Shown here: in pieces, positions 31,527 to 42,770 of the stretch
Layout: each line of letters begins with the position of its first letter
How positions within the stretch are numbered: the first letter of the stretch is position 1
Origin: the human T2T-CHM13v2.0 reference genome, Homo sapiens
Length of the DNA: 64,000 nt
Assembly (NCBI RefSeq): GCF_009914755.1
Contig: NC_060927.1
Strand: one strand, 5' to 3'
Notes under the pieces: generated by a model
The model's input: only the letters and a program-made list of their open reading frames with translations
The model's database searches: none
What the model was told of the DNA's origin: nothing
Made by a program: the position numbers and the translations under genes

Positions 31527-32289
31527 ACCCAGGCATGAGTGTACTGTATGTGTGTACGGGGGATCAGGGAGCATTTCAATGCTTAACTGAATTGACTGAT
31601 CACATTCCAGCCAATGCGGTCATCTGGTAACTCAGTAACGACTGCTTCCAGTGTCTTCATAACAACTTCCTTAATTAATGGTCACATAATTCAAATGCTA
31701 AATACTCTAAAAAGGTAGTTTTGAATGGGTTTAGCTCAGAATTGCTGTGTCATTAGGTAAATGTTCAAATCACTCACATATACACTTTTAAAGGAACTTA
31801 TATTTCAAATAACTGAATAGCATTTTAGCTTTATTTTTCACCAAGAAATAATTTATAATAGGTAAGACACAATGAATGTTATCTACAAGGATGCATTTAT
31901 AGTTCCTTCATCTAACATAAAACACCTTAAATTAGGGATGGAGTGGGGGGAAAATTGCAATGATTCAACTTCCTTTTGATTGTTTTTTAGTTTTCTCTCA
32001 AATAACCTGACTTTAAAAAAAAAACTGAACCAATACACAAAATGTGAAGCTTGGAGATGCCTAATGTTTAAAACTAACCATTTTAATTGTAATCTATATG
32101 GCCTTGATGATTATCTTCAACTCTCAATGCCATTCAGAATTGAATATAAGATGATGAATTTTACAAATTGGATTTGAATTTTAAGCAAATGCATGTGGGT
32201 AAATTGTCAATGGTGAGGGGAGGCAGGAAAAAATGCCACAGAAACCTTTATTAGATCACCAAACCAAGGCAACCATAATAGAATGACAT

Positions 32290-32480
32290 CTGTATAATTG
32301 TGACCAGTGCATCCCTCTTTAGTTTCCATCTTGACATTCTGGATGACCTTGGGTAAACTATTTATCATCAACGGGACCGTTTTTCCAGTCTGTAAAGTGG
32401 GGATTATGAGAATTGCCAGCTACCTCTTAGGAATGCCAGCAACCAGATCCATTTTGTAAAGCACTCAGATCTAGTTGGAA
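32290..32480 (+). mobile_element. MIR SINE
   Basis: tgaccttgggtaaa...tctgtaaagtggggattatg...tgtaaagcactcag. Confidence 0.65.
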
Positions 32481-33119
32481 GAAAATTGTTATATCACTCC
32501 CGAGTATGATGACTGTTATTTATGACTCTTCAGACCATAGAATCCAAATTTTCAAAATGGCTTCATTTGGTTTTCTGAATTTGCCTGGCGACTTTTATGT
32601 ATATAATCAGTTATTCCCATAGTACCTTTGTAGGCATATTTCTGTGCATCTATACTGACTCTTAATAATTCCCAGGTTTCAAATTTGAGGCGTGGTATTT
32701 ACTGAGAAGCTCCTGGCATCTGAAGTCTACATGCTTCTTGCAGTGTGAAAGATGATGCTGATTTTTTTGTCCATTGCTGGATGGCAAGGTCTTCTCCTCA
32801 TTTAAGGCTTATTCATCAGGAAGAAACGCTAACCACTATATTCACTTGAAACATCTTTTTAAATTGTATATTTCCAACAAACCTTTTATTTCTTTCTAGA
32901 TAAGAGATCAAGATATATACAAATTAGTCTTTGAAAGATCTTTCACCTTGTTCAAAGGTAAAAATTACATTTATTACTTAAGTCTATATACCCTAACTTA
33001 TTTCTCCCCAAAATTTGAAATTAGCATCAAAACACAGATGGAATGGATACTGTAAAAGAAAAAAAAAAGTGTTAAGTAATGAAATGTTCACTTGGAATAG
33101 GAATACTGAAGATGATGTA

Positions 33120-33536
33120 TGATATACTTTGGAAATGTGTCCCCTCCAAATCTCCCTCTTGAAATCTGATCCCCAATGTTAGAGGAGGGGCCAATAGAAG
33201 GTGTTTGGATCATGGGGGCTGATCTCTCACGAATGGCTAGTGTCCTCCCCAGAGTAATGACTGAGTTCTTGCTCTATTAGTTCATGACAAATCTGGTTGT
33301 TAAAAAGAGCCTGGCTCCCCTTCCCTCCAAGCTTCCTTTTTCTCTTGTCATGTGACATGCCTGTTCCAAACCCCCTTTTGCCATGACTGGAAGCTTCCTA
33401 AGGTCCTTACTAGAAGTAGGTACTGGCACATGTTTCTTGTACAGTCTGCAGAATTATGAGCCAAATAAAATTCTTTTCTTTATAAATTACCCAGCCTCAG
33501 GTATTCCTTTATAGCAACACCAAACAGACGAAGACA
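33120..33536 (+). mobile_element. MST-family (MSTB-like) MaLR solo LTR, complete
   Basis: TG...CA termini; perfect 5-bp TSD ATGTA (33115-33119 and 33537-33541); tttataaattacccagcctcaggtattcctttatagcaac. Confidence 0.92.
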
Positions 33537-34066
33537 ATGTATATAGAACAAAAACAAAGACAACAAAAAAAGCTGAAAGTAGAGAACAACTATAGAGACT
33601 GAGCATATAAAATACTTTTATGATCAAGTAATTTTACAAGGGGGGCATTATTTGCACGATATTAAATAATCCCATAGATCATGCACTTGATAGTGATTAT
33701 GAAGAAAGCATTTTTTTTGTAATATAGACTATTTTTCTCAGGCAATGCCAATGACAAATTTCTAGAAACATTTCTTTCCAATTTTTCCCTTGACCTATGA
33801 TATTTTTAACTTTCAACAATATTACAGAATTTGGGGTGGGGTGGGGACTGTATTTCCATTTTCAGGTAACAGGTGAAAGAACGGACATTATAAAGATATT
33901 GAATCAGAAGAAAAATAATTCATGCTTACAGGTGATTACAAAAAAAAAAAAAAACAAAACAACAAATGAAAACCCATCAGTGAAGGTTATATTTGGAGCT
34001 GTATGGATAAGGCAACTCTCAAGCTAAACTTTTCATCTTTTCTACCACTTTTTCAGCTTTGTTTAA

Positions 34067-34368
34067 TTTTTTTTTTTTTTTTTTTCAGACAGAGTCTCCT
34101 TCTGTCTCCCAGCCTGCAGAACAGTGGTGCGATCTCAGTTCACTGCAACCTCTGCCTCCCGGGTTTAAGTGATTCTCCTGCCTCAGCCTCCTGAGTAGCT
34201 GGGATCACAGGTGCCCGCCACCACACCCAGCTAATTTTTGTATTTTTAGTAGAGACGGGGTTTCACCAGGTTTCACCAGGTTGGTCTCGAACTCCTGACC
34301 TCAGGTGATCCACTCGCCTCAGCCTCCCAAAGTGCAGGGATTACAGACATGAGCCACCATGCCTGGCC
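34067..34368 (-). mobile_element. Alu (AluSx-like)
   Basis: Full dimer; internal TTTCACCAGG duplication; TSD TGTTTAAT. Confidence 0.95.
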
Positions 34369-34514
34369 TGTTTAATCATAATTTTTAGCTTTGCCAGAAA
34401 CCTCTGCTAACAGTAGGAGATGAGTTAGACATGTGGCACCACTTTGCATGAGGAGCATCTTGGATTGAGATCACTCTGTGAGATTATAGAGACCAGGAGA
34501 CAGCAAATTACCAC

Positions 34515-34606
34515 CTTGCTGAGTAGCTGCAACAGAGGCTGAATGCCCCCACAAGTAGAAAATATTTACTATGTGGCCCTTGACAGAAAAAGTTTGCAGA
34601 CCCTTG
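34515..34606 (+). mobile_element. MER58-type fragment
   Basis: aaaatatttactatgtggcccttgacagaaaaagtttgcagaccc. Confidence 0.7.
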
Positions 34607-34646
34607 ATATAGATTAATGTCTTCCTTTTAAAGATTAGAAAACTGA

Positions 34647-34973
<327 letters not shown>

Positions 34974-36281
34974 TCAGCAAAGGGAAGTGTCTTGCTGTGG
35001 CCTGATAATCCCAATTACTGGTTGGGAATCAATTCCTTCCATGCCGAAACATCTGAAACGTATGTTTGTCCTCTCTGAAATACAATTAGGTAGATCCTGC
35101 AAAGGTTTCATTTAAACAATATAGATGGTGAAATGATGCAAGTCTGATTTTTCTAGACCAAATTAAATGTGCCAGAATGCAACTACAAAAACAAATCCAT
35201 ATCCTTTATATATATGCATTCTAGAACCCCCCCAAGCCCCAGGTGAGACTTATCAAAAACTGATCAAAGATTCTTCACATTATGAAAAGTTCCACAAAAA
35301 ACTCTGTTCAACTCAATAATAAGTCTATATCTGACAAATACATAAACTTTAGTAAAATCTGAGCAAAGGCTTTGTTCAACCATGCTGGCAGGTAACCTGT
35401 TTTTAGACAGACACAAATCTACTAAATCAAATGGAACTATTAAAGGCCAAAAATTCTAAATGAAACAAAGATGCTACTGCTTGAGAAATATCAGATGTTA
35501 AAACGACCGGCAGGATCATCTTCTGTAAGATGATCATTGCCTTTATCAGAGAGGTACTTTTGAAATCAAGTAAATATGTAGCATCCATAACCATTTTAAC
35601 CGGAGTACTTTTTCACTCCCCCTCCCAAAAGCGAATTTGAGAAAATTAAATTTGGCTTTAATTCATTAAGCTACTTTAGTCTCTCTGAAAACTTCTAATT
35701 TTAAAATCAAGTACTCATTTGATTTTCAAGCAAGGTCAAGAGAACAAGGCAGCCTAGCGCTGACATTACAGGGATATGCCCCACACTGCTCAGCAGTTAC
35801 ATCAATGTGGCGTGTTGCTATGGTGCCTGACTGTTAATTTCTGAAAGAAGGTGATTATAAAGCCGCCAGATGAACATCAATTGGATGACACCACTTCAGC
35901 ACACAATACTGACATGCGTTACTCTTGTTTGCAGCAAGTTAATTTTATGAATCACCACTTTTGTGATGTGAATATTCCTTTCTAACTTTAAACCTACCAA
36001 GTCAACAAGAAACAAATAAATTTAAAAAATAAAAATAAGTTCAGCTTCAACAAACAGAGAAGAGTTTGATAATATTTGGGGGGGAAATGTGAACCTGTAG
36101 ACCATTTCTTAAGGGCAACCATTTTTCTTAGGACCTCCAAAAATACACCACATATGTCCTTACACGCAAATAAATACATGTTTATTTGACAAATACAGAC
36201 CAAAAAGCAACTGAATTAAAATGCCTGGAAGGCAAAAGACACAGCCCTGGATATAACTTCACTAATCACATTTGCATTTAC

Positions 36282-36342
36282 CTTTTTTGGCTTCTGTAAA
36301 GCAATCTTCAGTTATAGTCACCTCAAAAGGTCACGTCTTACC
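36282..36342 (-). other. FOXP1: 61-nt non-coding 5'UTR exon of FOXP1 (last exon before the ATG exon)
   Basis: Minus strand reads gttctcttttgttttcag|GGTAAGACGTGACCTTTTGAGGTGACTATAACTGAAGATTGCTTTACAGAAGCCAAAAAAG|gtaaat: strong polypyrimidine acceptor and GT donor. Sequence recognised from memory. Confidence 0.88.
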
Positions 36343-39300
36343 CTGAAAACAAAAGAGAACATCAAAATCTGAATGTCAAGAGAAGTAGCAACCACCTCTG
36401 CCAAGGACAGACACAAGGAAAACAACAAAAGCACTCAATTCTATTTAATGGCAAATGACTTTCAGGGTTAATAAAAACAAGTCCCAAGAATCTCTACTTA
36501 TCTGGACCATATGCCTTTGAGCTCTTCAAGACAACAAAATTGACTTGGTGGGGAAAAGTCAAGGTGAAACATTTCAAATGTTGTGTATCAACTTTTTCTC
36601 ATCTTGTTGTCTATCGATTTATTTTCATGGAGAATAATATGTGACTCATAGGCCTCTGTTTTTGGAAACCAGACTGCCACTTGAATGTGTCTCTGTTTGG
36701 TTAATATCCACAACATCTCTTATTTCATTAAAGCAAAGACTTATTTTTTTCCCCTTTTGGAAGAGAGTTAGGTCTTGTAGACAAGATGCTTTCTGCCACT
36801 TCGGACCTTTCAAAATGAATGAAAGCAGCACCATTTTCACTTTGGGGAGGGGCAGGGAGTTAATTGCTGGCGAAAGCTGTTCACAGAATGTTTTTCTCTT
36901 ACCATGTATCTACCGGAGCTACTAAGTTAAATTAAAAAGGGTTCATGTCACATGAAACAAACAATTGAAATCAAGCTTCCTAAAACACAAAGAAACCATG
37001 GAACACATTTTACCCCACATCCTACTCCTGCATCTGCATACTCCCGTATGCAAAACAGTGTTTAATCCTTTAAGAAACATTACAAGCTGCCTCTTTCTGC
37101 CCATGTAACTGGGATCAACATATGGCACGAGTGAAAAGAAAAACATTTGTTTATTAATTTAGATCAAGTTACTAAGAGGGTACAGGATTCATTCCATATC
37201 CATTGACCAAATGCTCATATAATTTTTAAGGTGGCGAAATCATATCATCATTTTACCAAAATGTTAATATCTTTTTGCTCACTCTTCAGAATAGCATGTA
37301 ATGAAGTGGTTTAATTTTATAGGAATATATCCCTGCTCATCCCTCTGCTGTCAGCCCTGAATGTGGAAAGGCAAACATCATTGAGAAGAGTAAAATCTTA
37401 TTTCACGAGGGCTAAAAATTTGAAAGTGGCACTTTGGTGTGTACTATCTTTGAGGAATTGATCCGAGGCCAATTTATGACATTTCCACAAGCAAGTGTAT
37501 GCAGATTCTTGCCATTAAGATTGGAAAAAGACGCAGGCTCTGAGTGAAATCATAATTTTCATGTTTACTGTAAGAGGAAATTGGAGGTTTTCACCATAAA
37601 TTTTCACCATTTGGGTGGGGGAAAACCCTAGCTCTGGGACTTAAAATTACTATTTTGCAGCCTGACCAAAACCTTTTTGTTTTTACACAAAACAATTCAA
37701 ATTGAAAATGAAAATCGTGTGCTTTACTGCTGATGTATGTCCCCAAGATTGGTTTCTCCAGTAGTGAGAAGTCTATTTCAGGGCAAGCAACGATAAGAAA
37801 GAAAAACAGAGCAAAGATGGTCAGGTCCTCAAGGTAGAGCTAAGATCTGCAGAGCCCCACTCTACACAAATCAGAGCTCAGTAGATACAAAGCGCACACA
37901 GAAATTTCTACATCTACCACTCATCAAATCTTAAATGTAAAGCAAGTGAACTTTGGCAGATCCTACTCAATTCAAAGCAAGAACGCCTTTTCCTCTCTCC
38001 TTTTTACTTGAGATGTTCTCCAATACATGCACTGTAAACTAATTTATATGTTTATCTATTGAGCTGTGTCTATTTTTGCATGTTTGGCAGTCAGACCTAT
38101 AGTATTAGACTTTGCAATGCAGATGAGATTTGCCATCATATAGGCCTGGCAAACAACTGGACCTCATTAAAATTTAATTTTTTTAAAAAACTGCTGAAAA
38201 TGCCTCCTTCGAATAAAGTTATCTCCAGTGCTGCATTTGAACCTGCGGAACACTTTCAGGTAAACACTAGACCTGTTTTTCTACTCACCTATCCACACAG
38301 TATAGTGTGTAAGTGAACACAGAACAAAAATAGAAGCTGATTCAGCCTCAGATTTAACCAGTATCATTTTTTTCCCCTAGGGATACTGGGGAAAGAATTA
38401 CAACAAAATTATACAACTGACCATCCAATTTATAAATACTAAAACAATACGAAACTGACTACATTTAATTTTCACTTATACATAAAAAATGGGCAGTGGG
38501 ATATAATCTCTATCTTTCTCCATTTTGAAGTTCCATAAATTTTGGTGCACATGCACGATTGGCCACTCATTAATTTATTTCTGTTGATTTTCATTTTTAG
38601 AGAAGGTATAACATTAACAAAGTAATCTAACAGACATTTTTCTAGTTTTGCTGAGAAAAAGATTAATAGTTCAACAGCTGTTTGCCATCATGCTAAAGTA
38701 AATGAAATGTGTCAATATAATAGACAAGAAAATTAGGGCTAGTACTGGGGCCCGAGTCTGCCTCATTACTAGCTTAGAAGAATTGGAAACCAACAACTAG
38801 CAGAAAAATAGGCATTTCATTTTTTCCAAAGCATACAACTTCCCTTTCCAATACTATATTTGCTATTTTCTTTAAATCACTTTTACTTATCAAATAGATC
38901 AACTATTTACCTGTATGCTTACTGGCAGCACAAGCACCAAAACTAAAATTAAATGATTATGCAAAGCTTTTATGTAAAAAAAAAAAAAAAAAAGATAAAG
39001 ATAAAAGAAATACATTCCCCTCCAGCCCACTTGTCTTCTTTTAAAAAATGCTGTCTCCATACGAATTGCGTTTTTTTTTCTTTTTCTCTTTCTTTTTTAA
39101 GTTTCCTACTGGTTTTAGGTTTTAAAAGTGAGCCAAGGATATGGTAAACAGAAATTACTTATTTTCCTTTATGTCATTCTCTGTAACAGTTAAGATCCTG
39201 TGAACACCAGAATTGTTCCATGGCCTCTTCACTATTGATTGCAACAGTATCATTTACCTGAAGTTACACAGTGACCACAAAAACCATGTCCAGGACACCA

Positions 39301-40193
39301 AATTTCTACTGCGAACTCTAGGGTGAGACACTAAATGTACATTCCTCTTTCTCTACCTCCCCAACCACCCCTCCTCCCTAATTAGGACTGTTATTCTAAA
39401 GAACCCTCAGATTATTGCAGTGTTTCAATATCATACTTTCTATGGATATATTTTGCCCTTAATTTAATCTGTGTGACATATAATACACGGTGTCCACTAG
39501 TATGTCCTACTTGGAACTGAGTTGCAGGTAAATGTGGAGGTGCAATCTCATTTCACAAAACTGAAAATGAAGAGTATCAGCTCTTTTTTTCCCCATTTAT
39601 AGTATTTCCCCCTTCCCTTTCTTGACAGCTAAAATAAATTATCTGCATTAAGATTTCTGCATTATATTTCATTTTATATAATTGTGCAAAAGCAACTCTG
39701 AAGTATGCCCAACATAGTTCATCTCAATCTTCAGCCTACCCAATACTGGCTGAGAACCTATTGTGTACCAGTCTTAATAAAGATGCAAAGATGAGCAAAG
39801 CAAGCCCCTGGGTGGTGATGGGGGGCAGTTCAGTAGGTCTATGGCTAGAGGACACTTTCTTACTAGGAAACTGAGGAAGGAACATGGTTCAAACTTCCCA
39901 TACCCCCAAATCCTCCAATCAAATGGCCTGTACTCATTTGCAAAAACTGGTCCAAATAGGCCAATTTCCAAGAGTTTGCTGCCTCTTTAAATAGGGAATC
40001 TTATCTTCTGTGGGCTTTAATATCTTGTTTTTCAATGACTTCTTAGAAAATATAAGGACATCAACATATATTTGACTATTGAAAAATATAAGACAAGAGT
40101 CACTTTATTTTCTATAGTGAAGAAAATCTACTCCAAAATCAATCTCAAAGTTTGTTCTATGCCCTTAAGACTTCAAATACTGAGTAAGATTTC

Positions 40194-40351
40194 AAAAAAG
40201 AAAAGAAAAAAAAGTGGGGAAGGTGGGGAATGAAGAAAGAAAAGAAAATAAAAACGGAAAAAGGGGAGAAAGGAAAAAATAGAGAAAAACAGAGGGGAAA
40301 AAGAAAGGAAAAGAAGAAAGCAAGGAAACAAGAAAGAAAAGGAAGGAAGAA
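40194..40351 (+). repeat. GA-rich low-complexity polypurine tract
   Basis: About 160 nt almost entirely A/G. Confidence 0.9.
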
Positions 40352-41137
40352 GCTGCTGTGCAGCCGGGGTCTCTGAGACCAGAGGCAAACTTGGACGCTA
40401 CCCAGGCTTGCAGCTTCACAAACACTACACTTCTTTTACTTGTCTCTATCAAAGAAATGTGCGACTTTGAATCCACCATTCTTCAAATCTCTCTCTTATC
40501 CCTGCAAGTAACATTTTACTTCCTTTCTCCTCATCCTCTGGGGCCCTCATCAGATCATAGTACCTAACTTTGGAGTCCATTCTAGTAGGGCAAAAACCTA
40601 AAATATTATACATTAAGCCACGTGGTGCAGTAAACCCCAGTCGATGCTTGCCCATGAAATTACTTCAGGCTGGCAGCCCCCCACTCACTCCACATCGGCC
40701 CATCTCATTTGGAAAAATGACTCTCTCCTGCCTTACAGAAAAGGAAAACCCTGGCCGTGGTCATGTGAAAATATTTTATGGGTATCCTTTAACAGCCTTT
40801 AAATGTTGAAACCTAAAAACAATATTTGCTGTTTTCCCTTCGAAGCTCTAACAAAGCCTTTGTTTTAGATTCACCTTTAGTGTGCAATAAGAGTTAATAA
40901 TCAAATCCATCCCAACCCCCACAAATGTTAAACAAAAAGATAAAAGAAATGCAAATAGCTATTGTCATGGAAAGTTAAAGTACCTGTCTGTATTTTTAAG
41001 TGAAAACTATTATCTCTATCAATCAAAATTTAAGAATACAATAGCACTAATCACAGAAGGTGCTCTGACGGAGTTACTTTGCCTCAAAAAAAAGTATTTT
41101 TCCCCTTAAAAACCAAGTATAAAAGTCATATACTTAC

Positions 41138-41220
41138 AATTAGATAGAGTATTTGTAATTTTGTTATTAAAAACCTTCAGCAGCCTCACTGTTAATAAAT
41201 GCTTCTAAGTCTCTAGACTG
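41138..41220 (-). other. FOXP1: Second candidate alternative first exon (5' end uncertain)
   Basis: Donor ATT|GTAAGT (ACTTAC at 41132-41137) in unique sequence upstream of the 61-nt exon. Confidence 0.35.
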
Positions 41221-42336
41221 ATTTGTACCCAAGAAGACACAAGTCCCTACATATTTTAATAAGGTTGATGAAATTTTATTTAAATTCTCACAGTTTCCAA
41301 CCGGCGGGGGAACAGCACACTCTTCTGTTGAAAAGAGTTACTCAAACAGAGGCAACAGTTAACCGGTCATGAAAACTCCTTCTTTTAGAGCCTGGACATA
41401 ATTCCCACACCCTGAAATATCTTCACACAGGACATATCTTCCTTGGATGGTTCACCCTTGTTAATTGTGGCAACTTATTTTTGAAATAACACTCTACCCT
41501 CAAAAAGAAAGCAGAATACCCCCATCATACCCCAGAATGATCTAAGTGTACACTACATGAATTTCTCTGAGTCTGTTTTTAAAAATTCACTTTAAAAAAA
41601 GACTGGATTAGCCCCTGAATATGGTGCTTTCTAAAGACAGTACGGGAACAAAAAATAGCAAGACCCCAGATAGTAAAACAAACAGCTCAAGATTAAAATT
41701 CCTAGAGCAAACAGTTAAGCCAGGATGCCATTATGCACACTGAGCCTGGATGATGTCTCCTCCACCGTGGGGCCAAGAGGCTGTCATTTTCCCCCCAGCA
41801 AGATCAGATTTCCTTCCCTCCCGACCGCCTCTCTGAGCATCATGGCCAACATCTCTAGTGTGCTATTAATATCAATGAAGAGACGATTCGATTTCCACAG
41901 AAGAAAACCTTTCCTATTCCGGCACAGACCTTCGGGGAGGACCCTGGCCCGGGTATAGACAATACAGCGGCAGAGTTTCTGTTTTCTTACAGTTCAGTCT
42001 TAGACACTGTTTGAAGGCTTTTAGCAAACAATGGCAGCATTATCTGCAGGATAGTTACAAAACAGGATTTGTTAGGACAAAGAATAATAAAGCTGCTCTC
42101 TCTCTCTCTTTTCTTTTTAATTCCCCCTAGTCCTCACGAGCCTTTCTCTGCGAGTCCAAAATTCAGCCACATTTCCTAAGAGGCACCTGTACTTGTCTAT
42201 TTCAATGCAGCCAGAAGCTGACAACGGCCCAGGAACCAGGACTGCTTTCAGGAGGCGCTCAGAAGGGCAGCAAAGTACCCTCTCAACATTAGTAAAATGA
42301 AACAAAAGTGTCAGCCTTGGCTTCGCACACACTTAC

Positions 42337-42500
42337 CCGTTCATGGTGAGGAGGCAAAGCTTTGGGGCGGGAGAGGCAATTTTCACACAACGGAAGAAAG
42401 TTGAGAGTTTGTAAGGGAGAAACTACAGGCGCTTGGAAGCCTGCTGGCTCTCAGGGCTCCCAGGCTGGCAGCAGTGTGAGGAAGGACTGAAGGTATGTGG
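42337..42500 (-). other. FOXP1: Candidate alternative first exon of FOXP1 (5' end uncertain)
   Basis: Consensus donor CGG|GTAAGT (intron starts at 42336), Kozak-like cctcaccATG at 42344-42342, promoter-like motifs upstream. Confidence 0.5.
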
Positions 42501-42770
42501 GCTAAACACAACAAAAGCCACTGCCTTACTCTAGATTAAATATGCAGGAAGAGGCCCCTTTGCATAAACACAAACACTCAGCAAATGAATAACTGGCTCA
42601 ATCAGACGCCCGCTGTGCCTTCTACCTGTCCTCACTCTGACAGGAGACACTGCCTATTCCAGGGGACACCACTAAACAGGAGTCAGTTAAATGTTATGTT
42701 GCTATAATAACAATTAAAATGAATTGTATTCATTAGTAATTAAGAACTCACTCGTGGGGCGGGGGGGAGT
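42490..42770 (-). promoter_or_regulatory. Putative internal promoter
   Basis: Forkhead-type TAAACA/CAAACA at 42503, 42565, 42571 and 42673; octamer-like CTTTGCAT 42558-42565; GC box GGGGCGGGGGGG 42756-42767; no recognisable repeat. Confidence 0.45.
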
